In this document: positions 34,235 through 47,500 of the stretch, in pieces
Layout of the letters: each line of letters starts with the position of its first letter
Numbering within the stretch: the stretch's first letter is position 1
Assembly: GCA_046563655.1 (NCBI GenBank)
Contig: CM102289.1
Location: forward strand, 5,642,001 to 5,706,000
DNA: 64,000 bases
Direction: 5' to 3'
Origin: Yuukianura sp. NJ FZ-2021
Lineage: Eukaryota
The notes under the pieces: model-generated
The model's input: only the letters and a program-made list of their open reading frames with translations
Told to the model about the DNA's origin: nothing
Database searches by the model: none
Made by a program: the position numbers and the translations under genes

Positions 34235-37200
34235 ATGGACTCACTAATTTCCATTGTCAACAAAATTCACGATGTCGCTACTATGGCCAAGATGCCATTA
34301 AGCGACTTGCCGCAAATTGTAGTACAAGGTGACCAGGTAAGAAGAACTTTGGCATTAAATCGAATTCAATTTACAGTCACCGCGCATGCGTTAACTGTAT
34401 TTATTATCGCAGAGTTCTGGCAAGAGTTCGGTCATGGAAAGTTTAGTTGGACGCTCATTTTTGCCCCGTGGAAAAGGAATGGTCACTCGAAGTCCAACAA
34501 CTGTTCAAATGATTCCCACCAAAAGCGGAAGCGCCAATCACGTCGGAGACGATGGCAAGCAAAATGGTTATGTTTGTAAATATTAAAATATTTTTGATTT
34601 GAATCTTTTTAATAAAAAAAATAAAATCATAAAAACAAATTTCAAATTTAGCACCGGCAGATGAATGGGTAGAGTTTCTTCATACGGAGAAACGCTTTAC
34701 TGATTTCAATGCCGTTAAAGACGAAATTCAAGCTGAAACGGATCGGCGAGCTGAAACAAACAAGGGAATTTGTAAAACTCCAATCACCGTCAAAATTTAT
34801 TCTCCAAAGGTCGTACAACTTACATTGATTGACCTTCCAGGCTACACTCGGGTAAATAAAAGATTTTTTCTAAAAAAATTCTTTTCAAAAAATGGAATTT
34901 TTACACCTAGGTTCCAGTAGGAGACCAACCTGAGGACCTTGAAAAGCAAATTCGAGAGTTGGTTCTTGAATACATTACACAACCAAATTCAATTATTCTC
35001 GCCGTGTCGCAAGCAACTGTAGATGTCACGACGAGTGAAAGCATAAAATTGGCTCAACAAGTTGACCCGACGGGGGCAAGGACTCTTGTGGTCATAACCA
35101 AGTTGGATTTGCTTCCCCCCGGGGAAAATTTTACGGAGACCTTGAACGGAAAAGTTTTGAATGTTAAGCTTGGAATTATTGGAGTCATCAATCGGTCAAA
35201 CGCGGACGTGAAGAAAGAAAAGACAATCGAACAGGCAACTCGCGATGAGAAAAGTTTCTTACTTTCGCGCTATCCAAGTATTGCCCATTTGCATGGTACA
35301 GAGCGCCTGCGCTCACGGCTTCAAGAACTTCTTGCTCATCACATCAAATTCTGTTTAGATGATATCGAGGTTACACTTTACATATTTATATCGTACTTAT
35401 GGATAACTATTGAATAATTATGTTATCGAGCTATTATTGAATAACTAAATTGAATTCTTGCTCTTTAGATTTGTGATTTCGTTTTGTTTTTTAGGTAGAA
35501 ATCAGTGGGATGATTGCTGAACGTGAAATGGAACTAAGAAAAATTGGGAATGCTGGCGAAGAAATTAAAGACAAGCGGCGAGTCGTTGGTGAAGTAATTT
35601 CTCGATATTGTGACAATGTCAAATCGGAAATACTCGGAAGTGCTCGGAATGTTCGAACTGACCGAATTGCGGGAAAAGAACAACTTCACGTGCTCTTTTC
35701 TGAAACGTTTCGTTTGGTTTTGGATGAAATTGATCCCGTAGAGAACACAACTGATAATGACATTGTAACTGCAATTAGTCGTTCAGGACCAATCGAAGCA
35801 ATTTTTTATGTTCCAGACGTAAAACAAAATATTTCCAATTCTATAATAACAATAACGTTGGTCTTTCCTTTTTTTTTAAGTTTTAAGGAGAGACAGGAGG
35901 TCAATAAAAATAACGCCAAAGAGTGTTTAGTAGACATGGCAACGACTGAGAATTGAGAATTTACAACTACGTGATCATGAAAAACCCCAACGGGTGGATT
36001 CTTTACGATTGAAATTTTGCACAACTCACGCTAACTCGCGAATCACTGCGTTAAATTTCAAATTTGAGAAACGTTTGCGTTTTTTCTAAAACTGCCAGAC
36101 GAAGTGGATGAGCCATTTCTTTTTCTCAACTCTCATGTTACCCCAACTCTTGGTGACGTAATACAAAATTGTAAATTGTAAACAAGAAATTCGTGAACTC
36201 TGACCCAATCTTCTGGTGCATTTCCTGTATGATTGGTTAGGCGCTCAAAAAACTACGACCACACTTTTCGCATTAGCACACGCTGATCAGCAAAACATCG
36301 GACAACTAGGTGACGAAAAGAGTACCCTTCGCCCAGAAAACCTAGTTTTTCTGGATTTTCCCGAGGATTTCAGAAACATTTTCCGGAAAACTTAAGTTTT
36401 CTGGACGAAGGGCACTGTTTTCGTCACCTAGTTGTCCGATGTTTTGATCATCATCGTGTGCTAATGCGAAAAGTGTGGTCGTAGTTTTTTGAGCGCCTAA
36501 CCAATCTTACAGGAGATGCACCAGAAGTCTTATGGGAAATTGCGTTGAAGCGAATCTGTCCATCCTAATCTTAAGTACAAAATTTATGTTGTTTAAAAAC
36601 TCTAGGGTGCATTTCGTACTCTGATTCGACGCCCAATTGAAAACTTAATGGAGCCTTCTCAGCTGTGTGCTACTCTTGCGCATCGTGAAATGAAACAAAT
36701 TCTTTACACATGCGCCGACGATTTGAAAGAAACGCAATACTATTTTCCAAAACTTAACGAAGCTGTGACCAAACTTGCTACCAAATTGCTCGATGAGCGA
36801 TTTGACAAAGCCAAAGACATCATCGAAACTTATGTTAACATTCATGCTGACTCTGCTTTTACAACGGATCTAATTTTCTTCAAAAAAGGGCAGGAGTTGA
36901 AGGGAAAAATGGACGTAGCACCGCCAGTTTTGACAGAATGTCAGTCTGCTGGTTCAACAGAAACGGTAAACAGCAGCGCTTTTGTCAAAGCAAAGGCCAA
37001 AGGTCAAAACTTGGTGCAGCAAGTAACAGCTGACGTACCAGTAGCAGATACTTCTTTGCCAAATGGGAATGTCAGCACTACTACTACGACTGCGCAACTG
37101 AACGCTGACCAGTTGACTATTCAGCAGCGTAAGTGTGAGACTGTGCGTGAGTTGATGCGGCTCTACTTCAACATTGTGCGCAAGTGCCACCAGGATTATG

Positions 37201-37483
37201 TTCCGAAGGCATTGCTCCACACTGTCATCTACTACGTTGTTGAAAATCTGCACACTGAGTTGGTAAGTTTACAAATTCAAAAAATATTATTATTTTTAAA
37301 TCTGTGTAAAATATTTTTCGGTTTTAACATTTCGAATAGTCTGCTCTTCACGCAAATCAAGAAGATTTGGACAAATTGGTAGAGCCGCCTGCAGATGTTT
37401 TGGAAAAGCGGCAAAATACTTTGCAGAATTTGCAGTCCTTGAGGGAAGCGGCTGAAGCAATTCCGAAGCTCCGCCTACTTTAG
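34235..37483 (+). CDS. Divergent Drp1/DNM1L-derived dynamin-family GTPase, paralog 2 (7 exons, ~679 aa)
   Basis: Exons 34235-34336, 34413-34566, 34652-34851, 34911-35369, 35495-35818, 36606-37262 and 37340-37483, with the same intron positions as paralog 1. Motifs [22 protein letters not shown]; ends AIPKLRLL*. Confidence 0.92.
36210..36527. mobile_element. Foldback/MITE-like long inverted repeat in intron 5 of dynamin paralog 2
   Basis: CTTCTGGTGCATTTCCTGTATGATTGGTTAGGCGCTCAAAAAACTACGACCACACTTTTCGC... is matched by its reverse complement ending ...TACAGGAGATGCACCAGAAG, with arms of ~135 bp. The host intron is 787 bp against 95 bp in paralog 1. Confidence 0.8.
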
Positions 37484-38503
37484 TACTTGCTGCAGTTTAA
37501 GAAGCACTTATATGACGAGCGATGTTTTCAAAAAATGCAAACACGAAAAAAAATCATTCAATTTTGCTTCAAAAAAATCTTTCAATGCCTCACGCCTCTC
37601 TCTCCCCAAACATTCAATAAACTTATAAAAAAACACAATATTCTATATGACAATTATTTTAATTCCTATTAGCTGAAATGTTTTTTATGAAGAGTTTTTG
37701 TGTGATTCTTTGACACACATTCTTCTTTTGTCAGCTTTTCCAGACATTTTTTGATCGTAACCTGAAACATTCCAATAGTAGATGACGTTGTGACATATGT
37801 GACATATTTCTAATTTATTTTTCATCGACAACTAATTTGATTTTTATATTTCTCAGAATACAGACTTAAATTAGTTCAATTACTCAAACTTGAATTGGTT
37901 TTAAAAAAAGAATCAAAAATTTAAAAACAAGGTTTGGTTATCGTGCACACTATGATTTCACTCAAGAGGTGATCACAAGAAAAGTACCGTCAAGTTTCCA
38001 TACATCTAAACTATTTCTAACTAATTAGTTAATTAGTTTGCTAAGAACCGAACCTTGTCAGTCTCACTTTAAATATAAAAATTAAAACATTCTAAACTTA
38101 TTCTAAATATTATTAAGAACCGGTTTACAAGTATTTCTTTACTGTACAAACTGTGAATATGGTTTGTCTTTGTCTACTACAAAACTAGAATATAAATTAT
38201 TGGCTAAAACTTTTATTTGTTAAAACAATTTGCAATATCCCGAGGACTTCAAAAATAGATCCTGCAACTTTCAAAATTTCTGTTTGCCGCCGCGATGGTT
38301 TTGAGAACTACAAACCAAAAAAGAAAATTAGTACTATAAGCTTTTACTTTCTGATAGAGATTTAAGAAAAGCTGCTTGTCTTACCGTTTGAGACTCCACG
38401 AGGGCAGACTTATTGTTTGGTTAGTGTTTCCCAAGGTACTTAACTTGTTTAATTAAGTTAATTGTGATTAATTGAGTATTAAAAATTAAACCTAATGATC
38501 CCC

Positions 38504-41500
38504 TCATCTCCTTAGCCAGTGATGGTAGGTTTCAGACGACATGCTTGTAGTGATAAGTGAAAGGAAATGTAGGAGGAGCCAAAGGAGAAAGTAGTCCCAA
38601 GGACGCAGTGAAGAAGTGCTTGACGAACTTCGGTTGCCATGCTGCATCGCTGCTGGATGTTCTCCTGCAACAATTTATTTCAAATTTTAAACCTATCAAA
38701 TTCAAAATTTCAAATCTTGAAAGGGCAAGGCAAGGCACAAAAGGAACTCCGCTGGAACGTCACATAACTACGTGCAGACATAATTTATAGTGGGAGCAGA
38801 GTGTGCTGACAAGTTTCAAGGACGACGGTTTTCTTTTTAGAACAGCTTTGAATTTAAAAAATAGGTCCTACGTGTTTAAGAAAATGGACTCTGTTCGGAA
38901 TACGAATCTCAGTGTGGAAATTAAGGATGGGAAACCGATTATCTGTAAACGAGTAAACAGACGGAAGTCCAACTTCCAATTCCCTGGAGAAAGATTTTTG
39001 GGGGAAAGTTCAAATAAAAAAGTCTGGGAAAAGTTAAAAAGGAAATTAGAAAAGTAGAAAGAGATGTCTGGTCGGACTTGTTTGAACAAATGTCTGGGTT
39101 TAGATTTGTTTGAAAAAGAACGACTGAACAAATTGAAAAACAAAATGAGAAAAAGCGGGCTAATTCAATTGCAATAAACTTTTTCGAACGGACATAAAAA
39201 GATCGCCTATCGAATTCGGAGAATCGGATTTCTCTGTTGAAATATGTACGGGTTAAAAAAACGCCTAACGCTGGGAATTCGAATTGAAATAGGATAAATA
39301 CGAGGTTGGTCATTTTGAAATAAGTTTTAACAGTTGTTTTTTGAATAATTTAAACTATAATTTGGATATCAGGATTGTTTTTGAATTAATTATTAATCAA
39401 TTGTTGTTTTCAAATTTATGTGAAACTTTTGTTAAAACTGAAATGCAGATCAAAAGTCAGTGGCGCCAATGTTGCCGGTTTAAATTTTGACAAGTAAGGA
39501 TTTGGTTGACAAAAGATTTAATAGGCTACTATTGTTACCACACAGTGTAGCTGCTTGTGGCTACAAGAAATGGCTACACGTTGTGGCAACATTTGTAGCC
39601 ACTCAAATGTAAAACAGAACTTAACCTGCAGCGGCAACATACGTAGCCGCAGAGCATAGCTACAATTGTAGCTGCAAAGTGGCTACACCGTACGGTTACA
39701 ATGAGTTTTGCGCAACGTTACTCCAACCAGAAATTTTAAAATTTCAAAATTAAAAATCAAAAGTTTGAAAACTCCACTCTTCAATTTAATTTTTCAATTT
39801 AATTAGTTTTAATTAGTTTTCAGAATCACTCTATAAGAAACAAGTAACTTCAAATGCCAGGTAACTAGACATCGAAGTTGGAAATTAATTGCAATACCGG
39901 TAAGTTCTTTTGAAAAAACACATTTTCTTGTTGTAAGTTAAAATTTAATTAGGTCATTTAATTATACTTTCTACAAATTGAAAGTGACTACTATTTTAAA
40001 AAAAATATTGCTTTTTCTTAGAAAATGTTCCGAGGCCTAGACCCACCTATACAAGCGTTGCTGGCAACTTTATTCACATGGTTCCTGACAGCGCTAGGCG
40101 CCGCTGCCGTCTTTCTACTCCACAAGACAAAGTTCAAGGTACTACACGAGAATATCGATTGGTTCAGTTGAATGGATCGGAGTTAGGTACAATGCAATCA
40201 TCCAGATCCAATTCAATTTAAGTTCTGAAGCGAGGAATCAAAAAGCGCTGAAAAGCCGTGTAATATTAAAATTGCATACAACTTTAAGGGTATATCTTCT
40301 GCAAACTCGCGAAGGTTCTATGGGAGAGATAGGGAATTTCACTTTCTCTCAGAGTAACAGCTCTGGGCATCTCACTTCTCCCTATCTCATACATGGGGGC
40401 ACATTTTAGTTAAAGTTAGGTTAGGTTAAGTTAGGGTAATGAGCGGCCAAAACTAATTACAGATTCGTAATCAGCGTAAAAAACTGAGTTAATTGAGATT
40501 TTTATCTCAATTAAATGAGCTTCGCGAGTTTCCGAAAGGAGTTCCACTTTAAGATTTATTTTGTTATTTTAGAAAGAGCTTCTAGCAACATCACTTGGAT
40601 TCGCTGGTGGTGTTATGCTGTCGGCTTCTTACTTCTCTCTACTTGCACCGGCAGCTGAAATTAGTGGAATCGTTCCGATTTGCGGTGGGTTTTTACTGGG
40701 TGCTGGATTTGTGACCTTGGCGGATTGGATAATTGGGGATGTGGATAAACCGGAAATGTTCTACAGTACGTTGTTCAATCAATCACAGATTAATCAACTT
40801 TTGATTTTCACGTGGGTGACCTGTCTTTCTGTCTGTAGCGATGTCAAAACAAAACAAGAGAGAGTACAAACGGATGTTGCTGCTCATCGCTGCGATAACG
40901 GTGCATAATATTCCAGAAGGACTTGCCGTCGGTGTAGCTTTTAGTGGGAAACAGTTTGAATCTGCAAGGAACTTAGCCATTGCCATTGGATTACAGAACT
41001 TTCCAGAAGGTTTAGCCGTCAGTCTTCCACTAGTTGCCAGTGGCATGAGCAAATGGAAAGCCTTCTGGTGATTGTCAACTGAACTAACTTAATTACTTTC
41101 TCCTTAAAAACTTTCACAACAACTGTTTGGTTACTCCTAGGTATGGTCAACTGTCTGGCATGGTGGAACCATTTGCTGGAGTAATCGGTGCCCTAGCTAT
41201 TTCTCTCTTTGAGCCTATGTTACCATGGGCCCTTGCCTTTGCCGCTGGAGCCATGATCCATGTCGTTGTTCGAGAATTGGTTCCAGAAAATAGTTGGAGT
41301 CATATCGTCGGATTTACCATTATGATGGCCCTTGACCTTGGACTGGGATAACCCATTTCTGTGATACCACTCCAAGTCTCTCGCTTTGAGTTTTGATTTT
41401 TATGATTCCTGTCACAAATGATCAGTTTTAAACTTCCATTTTAACTTTGACTTAAGGATGTGATTTTATGATTTAAGCTTAATCGAATTGATTTTAACAC

Positions 41501-44500
41501 CAAACTAAATGGTACTTACAATTGTTATTTTCAGGCTAATGACAAAAGACAATAACTTAAATGAAATTATGTTTTGTTAACTAAAATCACTTTTCAAGTT
41601 TTTGAGTGTTTTGCCCAACGGGATTGCTTTTCTCGAAATTAATGATCATTTCCCGTTTACAAATGATGATGGGTTTGTGCATGAGTTTTGAATTTGAGAA
41701 ACTATGAAAATCCATTAGCTGAAATACTAGATTCGCACTGATTACCTACCACGCATCCATCGGAGTGATCATCAACGTAACCTAATCCAATTTCAAAATT
41801 ACAAGTTTTCAACACAAAATTCCAGAAAAGAGAAACTTTTTGAATAGATTTTGAGGTCGATCGTTTTCAAACTTTTTCCAGACTTTTCTCTTCTAATTTC
41901 TTTTTTCTCCAGAAATCTACAAAAGGTGAAGAGGTAGGCGGTCGAGATTGGAAACTGCTTTTTCGGTTTCGGAAATGAAAATCTTTTCTTTAAATGCGAA
42001 CTTTTGTAAGTTACTTTATTTCCAACGGTCGAGTCCTTTTCAATTGCATTAAATTCTCTGTTTCCTCATTTCCAGAAGACTGGCGGTGGCGGGCATTGGC
42101 CTTTCAGCATTTCAACTTCTCTGCCGGTCCAAGACGGAAAAGTTTTTGGTGAGTCTGAATTGAAGAAGAGACTTGGAATGGAATCGAACAGAAAGAAGAA
42201 AGACTTAAGTCTTCTTGTGGCTAATTTCATTTCACAAACTTTTCTTTCCAAATGGAACTTCCGCATCTTTCCTTCCGCCAAAATTTGAGAAAAGGGAGTG
42301 AAAGTTCGGAAGTAGGAAACAAATGGGATATTTCCACACACACTTTTGGCTGGAGATTCTTCTACTATAGTAGAGTTATTGACGCTCATCGTTCTATTTG
42401 AGCTCCCACTTCAAGTCACTCATCTTCATCAAGCGGAAAATCATGGAAAAAAATATCAACGACAACTGCGTCACAACTCGCACAACTTTCTAATCTCATC
42501 AACACCAAAAATCTGCCGTCAAAGTTTGTCCAACGCTACTTTCTTTAGAAAACTTGCGTACGCCATTACACACGTAAACATATTAGATAATAATAGTAAC
42601 TCTTTTGGATTTTAATTTCAAACAAACTTTTTTGTCCCGCGAAAAACAACTCTCTCTTTTTTTCGTTTTTTGTAGGTTGAACTGGAAAAGTTGTTAACGG
42701 AAATGGCGAGTCAAGAGTTTCATTTTGGACAACTACGACGAAGACGCGTAGGAGAACGTAAAGGGGGAAAGGTGTTAGGTTCTCATTTAATTAGGCTATT
42801 TGTTTCGCCTCAAGGAGTCTAAAACCTCTTTTCTCCATTATTATCTTCTACATCTTCCAGGAACAAAGGACATAAAATGGCGGGAGATTCAAAAGGACCA
42901 TTTCAAGGCACAAGAGGAAACACAATTTATGAAAACTCAAGTCCCCCTCTCCGCAAATGACCTTTTACCCCATTCAAACGTTCGACACTGAAAATCTTAG
43001 AAAATGGAGTCGTCGACTGGCTTAATATCTCAGAACATTAGACAACGCATGCGTAGTTTGTACCGAAAGAGGCACAAATTGCTTATACTATTTCAAATTT
43101 CGCGAAATTCTAAGAAATCTTACAAGTGTGGTTTAGTGAAGAGGTCAAGGAATTTGATTTTGAAATCGATTTTTTTAAGTGAGTGAAATTCCGCATGTGA
43201 AGCGAAGCACCTTCTCCATCTTCGTTTTTTTCATTGCGACGAGTAGATATTATAGTGAAAGGTATTTTGTCAATTTTGAACTTTTTCAAACTTTCACTTT
43301 TTTTCCGCTTTTTTTTTTTATCCTAGCCTTAGTGAATTCCTGCTTGACTGATTCAACTTTGGTGCTCCTTGGGGTGTGGATTTGAATGGAGACTTGGAGG
43401 AGATTTGTGATGTCGCAGAAAGTCCATTACTGAAAAACTGAATTCAGCCATTGCCTGAGATGAATAGGGAAAGTAACAAAAGCTATCCAAAAACTTCAAA
43501 GGAACAAGTATTTAGACCCACTGTCCTCCGTCCCACGCTCCCACCCACCAAATTCCGTCCCACTCTCGGCTGATGGTGGGACCCGCTCCTAGTGACATAC
43601 ATCATCTCTCTAGCGAATCGACACACTTTTCTTTCTTTCTCTGTGTTCCCGCATGTCCAATGGCTAAATGTATGACTCTACGCATCAAAGGAACCCCCAG
43701 TTCCATTCTGTGTGCCAACCAGAGAAAACCATCAAATTTCTCAGATGAGTGACTTCACATTATGCTAAGGTTGGGGACGCTACCACTGGAAGCGACTTTC
43801 TCTGGAGTACCAGCAGAACTTAGTAGTGGTGTCCTTAGCCTATCGTCATAAATAACACACCGGAACGAGGAACGTACACGAGTAGGTTTGTAAAGTTCCA
43901 CAAAGTCCTTCCGGAAGAGAAAGTAACCTTTCCCCATTTCTATTCAAATGCTATTCGGCGCTAGTCTTCTATTAGCACTAAACTGGGAAATGATGATGAT
44001 TGAAGGGGGGACGGAGAGCGGGAAGCAATACTTCAAAAAAAGAGAAAAAGATCCTGCTCTGGAACAAGTATTGGCACGGACATAAAATTTCAGAGAAAAA
44101 AAGTTTGTGTAGAACGCACCTACTATTTTATGTGCGCCCAGCCACACAAACTTTCTCTTTCCGTCGGTAGTGAATAATATTAGTGGTTTTGGGTACGGAG
44201 TGGAGTGGAATTCAAGGAAGGTAAACGCACACTTGAGACTCTCCGGGAAAGTTTACTGACATAGTTTGCGTACTTTTTCAAAAAAATATTCTTTTTTCAA
44301 ACAAAGGCGTCGTTTCAAACACTCACATACACGAGTGTGACTGGTAAACAATGAAAGCCCATGGCTTCCGGACACAACTGACCGTTGTAAACTTGTATGA
44401 AAACAAAAAGTTACATAATTTATGGACGTAACATCCTTGTAAAAAAAAACATTTCAAAAAAATCCAAAAAATTGTAAGTTTCGCCGGCTGTAGCAAAGCA

Positions 44501-47500
44501 ACAAAAATCTGGAAGCAAAGGAGTACTGAAGGCTTTTTTTGTACTAGGAATGTCTGATGAAATTTCGTAGAGGAAGTTGTTTTTTAAATTTTAATATTTT
44601 GAACAAGAACTTTTCTGAAAAAAGTTACCTGAAATGACATGGACGACGACACTGGCGGGAGCAGACATGGTAGGGGAGCATGTGTAGTTGCCGGAGTGGT
44701 TCGCCCGGACTTTGGCAATGGTCAGAACTGAACGAAGGACTTCTCCACGCTGCGTCGTGACCTTTATGTCAGAAGACGCTGATGAAGGGTCACCGTAGTA
44801 CCCTTGAGGATCAACTATACTTGACCCTTGGTACCAAAAAACCTGCAAGTTTCATAAGCAAAAGTTCAAATTAACGCTGACCGTCGGTTGGTCTAACACT
44901 AAAAAGTGGTTAGACAGTGGGTGTTTAAATTTTTGAATTTTTGAAGTAGTCGTTAAATTGTTTTGACCTGAGCAATATCATGCGGTCCATGATCAACTTC
45001 GCAAGTCAGTCTGAGAGAACTCCCGCTTTTGACATGAACGTCGGGTCCACCGATGATTCTCGCTTTGGACTCTGCCAAAATGATTTCAAATTTTTTTTTA
45101 AATTGTTGCCTTGTGCGTAAGTAAGTGTGGCGCTGAAGTCAAAGAATTTGAGCGGAAACAACATTGACGCCGCCTTGAAATTTTTTCCACTTTCACTTTC
45201 CAATTTTCCTTTGAACATAGGAGCAGAAAACAGCCCGAAGGTTCTGTTTCGCAACTTTGTAAACACAGTTTTTTGTTTCTTTTTTGAATTCATTCAAAAT
45301 CTCTTCTAAAAAGTTGAAAACAAATTTGGGAGGATACGGCGATGTGTTTACCGTAAATGCTCTAATATAAGCGCGCCGCTTATAAGAATTTTCGACCTTT
45401 CGGACGCGCCTCTATTAGAACACTATTTATTACCGCAATAATTAATAAGTTTTAAGTGAGCCAAAATTCAATTAATAGTGATCCCATTCGTCGCTGGCGT
45501 CACTGTTGCTTTCTTCAAGGCTCCTCCAAATGTGCCCACTGTAGTAATACTTGGCATGTCAAAAAATATTCCAGTCATGGCAATAATATTTGTGTTGGAA
45601 ATTTTATTCGTAACAGCGAGGTTGGAAGTGTACATGACGAACTCGACAAGCTATTCAAATAACGAATTTGGATCTTTTTGAGCCAACGACGCTTTCTTTC
45701 TCAAACCGAGGTCATGGCGCTTCATAAATTTTTGTAGCCAACCACTGCTGGCCTGAAATTCGTTTGTTTGAAGCACTGCAGAATAGACTTCCCTAGCTTT
45801 CACACGAATAGATTTGAAGGAGACACTTTGCTGGTTGGTGCGCTGATTTAAAATCCAATCGTAAACCATTTTGTTTGCTTCTTTAGAAAGTTGTTTTCTC
45901 GAGTCGAAAGGTAAAATTACTAGTTAAATTTTTACCGATTTTATCTTTTGCTTCAGCCAACTGAAGACTTGTTTTCGGTGTATTCCGAAGTGAGCTGCGT
46001 TACCATCCGTGGTATTAGTAGAAGCGTACTGAACCACTTTTAACTTAAAACTGAGATCAAACGATCGTATTTTAGTTACACCATTTTTAAAACTTGTATT
46101 TAAGTGCTACATTTTGATTTGAGTCAAATTATCAACATAGAAGTTAAACAGATGATGTCACTTTGCTCTAGGCTCTGCTTTAAACTCAAGTTAGCTACCG
46201 CGCTTATATCACAATTTGCCCCCGCTGAAACCGCGCTTGCATTAGAGTATGCGCTTATATTAGAATACGCGCTTGCATTAGAGCATTTACGGTATGTCTA
46301 GGAAATCAAAATTTACAAAGGACTTAGGAAAAGTATTATCTAACATTTACTGCGCAAAGGAAAGATAAACTCATCAAAGCAGTTTTTTTCCGTGTTCAGC
46401 AACGAAAATTGTATTCAAAAACTTTTTTCTCTGTTGAACCCTATCAAAGGAAAGTAGACAGACTGGAACTGATGGGGAGAATAACATCTCTCCTATTTCA
46501 ATTTTTTACAAAACTATAAAAAAAAATCAAAAAAAAATTTTGATGTAAGGTAGAAATTTTTTTTTTTTTTTTTTTTCAAAAATTTTTAATTTTTATTTTA
46601 TAGGTAGAGATTATTTTTTTTTTATTATAAAAAACATCGTTTCGTAAACACAATGGAATAAAATCAAACAAAAATTTTGTCTAAAAGAACAAATACTTCA
46701 ATCTTCACGAAGACTTTTGAAATTCAAATCCTTTCTGAACTGTGAAAATATATATTTGCAATAATTTTGAACACAAAGGGAAAATTTATTCCCAATTTGA
46801 AAAACTTTTCTATTTTTTTTCTCTGTATTACAGTGGATTCTCTAAATAAGGGACAGGAGCTCCTCCTCTTTCTCACTTTCACTCGAAGTCGCGGTTTTAA
46901 TTTTGGAGGGAACGTTTCAGTTTATCGGCTTATTTTTTACGATTGTTTTTTTTTTTGGTTAATTTTTTTTTTGGTGCGAAACAAAAGTAATTAGATAATT
47001 AAATGGAATTAACTAATATTAATATATATATATTATATAGATATATCTGCGCAAAAACTGCGCAACAGCGCACAACCTGCGCAACAGCGCACAACCTGCG
47101 CAACAGCGCACAACCTGCGCAACAGCGCACAACCTGCGTAACAGCGCACAACCTGCGCAACAGCGCACAACCTGCGCGACAGCGCACAACTTGCGCAACC
47201 TCGCACAACCTGCGCAACAGCGCACAACCTGCGCGACAGCGCACAACTTGCGCAACCTCGCACAACCTGCACAACAGCGCACAACCTGCGCGACAGCGCA
47301 CAACTTGCGCAACCTCGCACAACCTGCACAACAGCGCACTGCATATAATATATTATATTATATAACCTGTTTAATAAGGGTGGCATTCACAACGTAATTT
47401 GCATGTAATATACCATATAATATTGATTAGTATATAGATATCACATATAATTAGCATTAATATATGAATATTATGTATATTAATATTAATTATATACTCT

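Noticed and set aside
29365..37483. Calling the dynamins true Mx orthologs, or canonical Drp1
   Set aside because: The overall architecture and most diagnostic motifs (EWVEFLH, VPVGDQP, TKLD, KLGIIG.NRS) are Drp1-type, not Mx. The divergence is too great to assign the Drp1 symbol without a phylogeny.
47058..47339. CRISPR array, or Cys/Arg-rich proteins from the overlapping ORFs at 46999-47397
   Set aside because: The units are contiguous with no unique spacers, there are no cas genes and the context is eukaryotic. The ORFs are open in several frames only because the 19-mer lacks stop codons.
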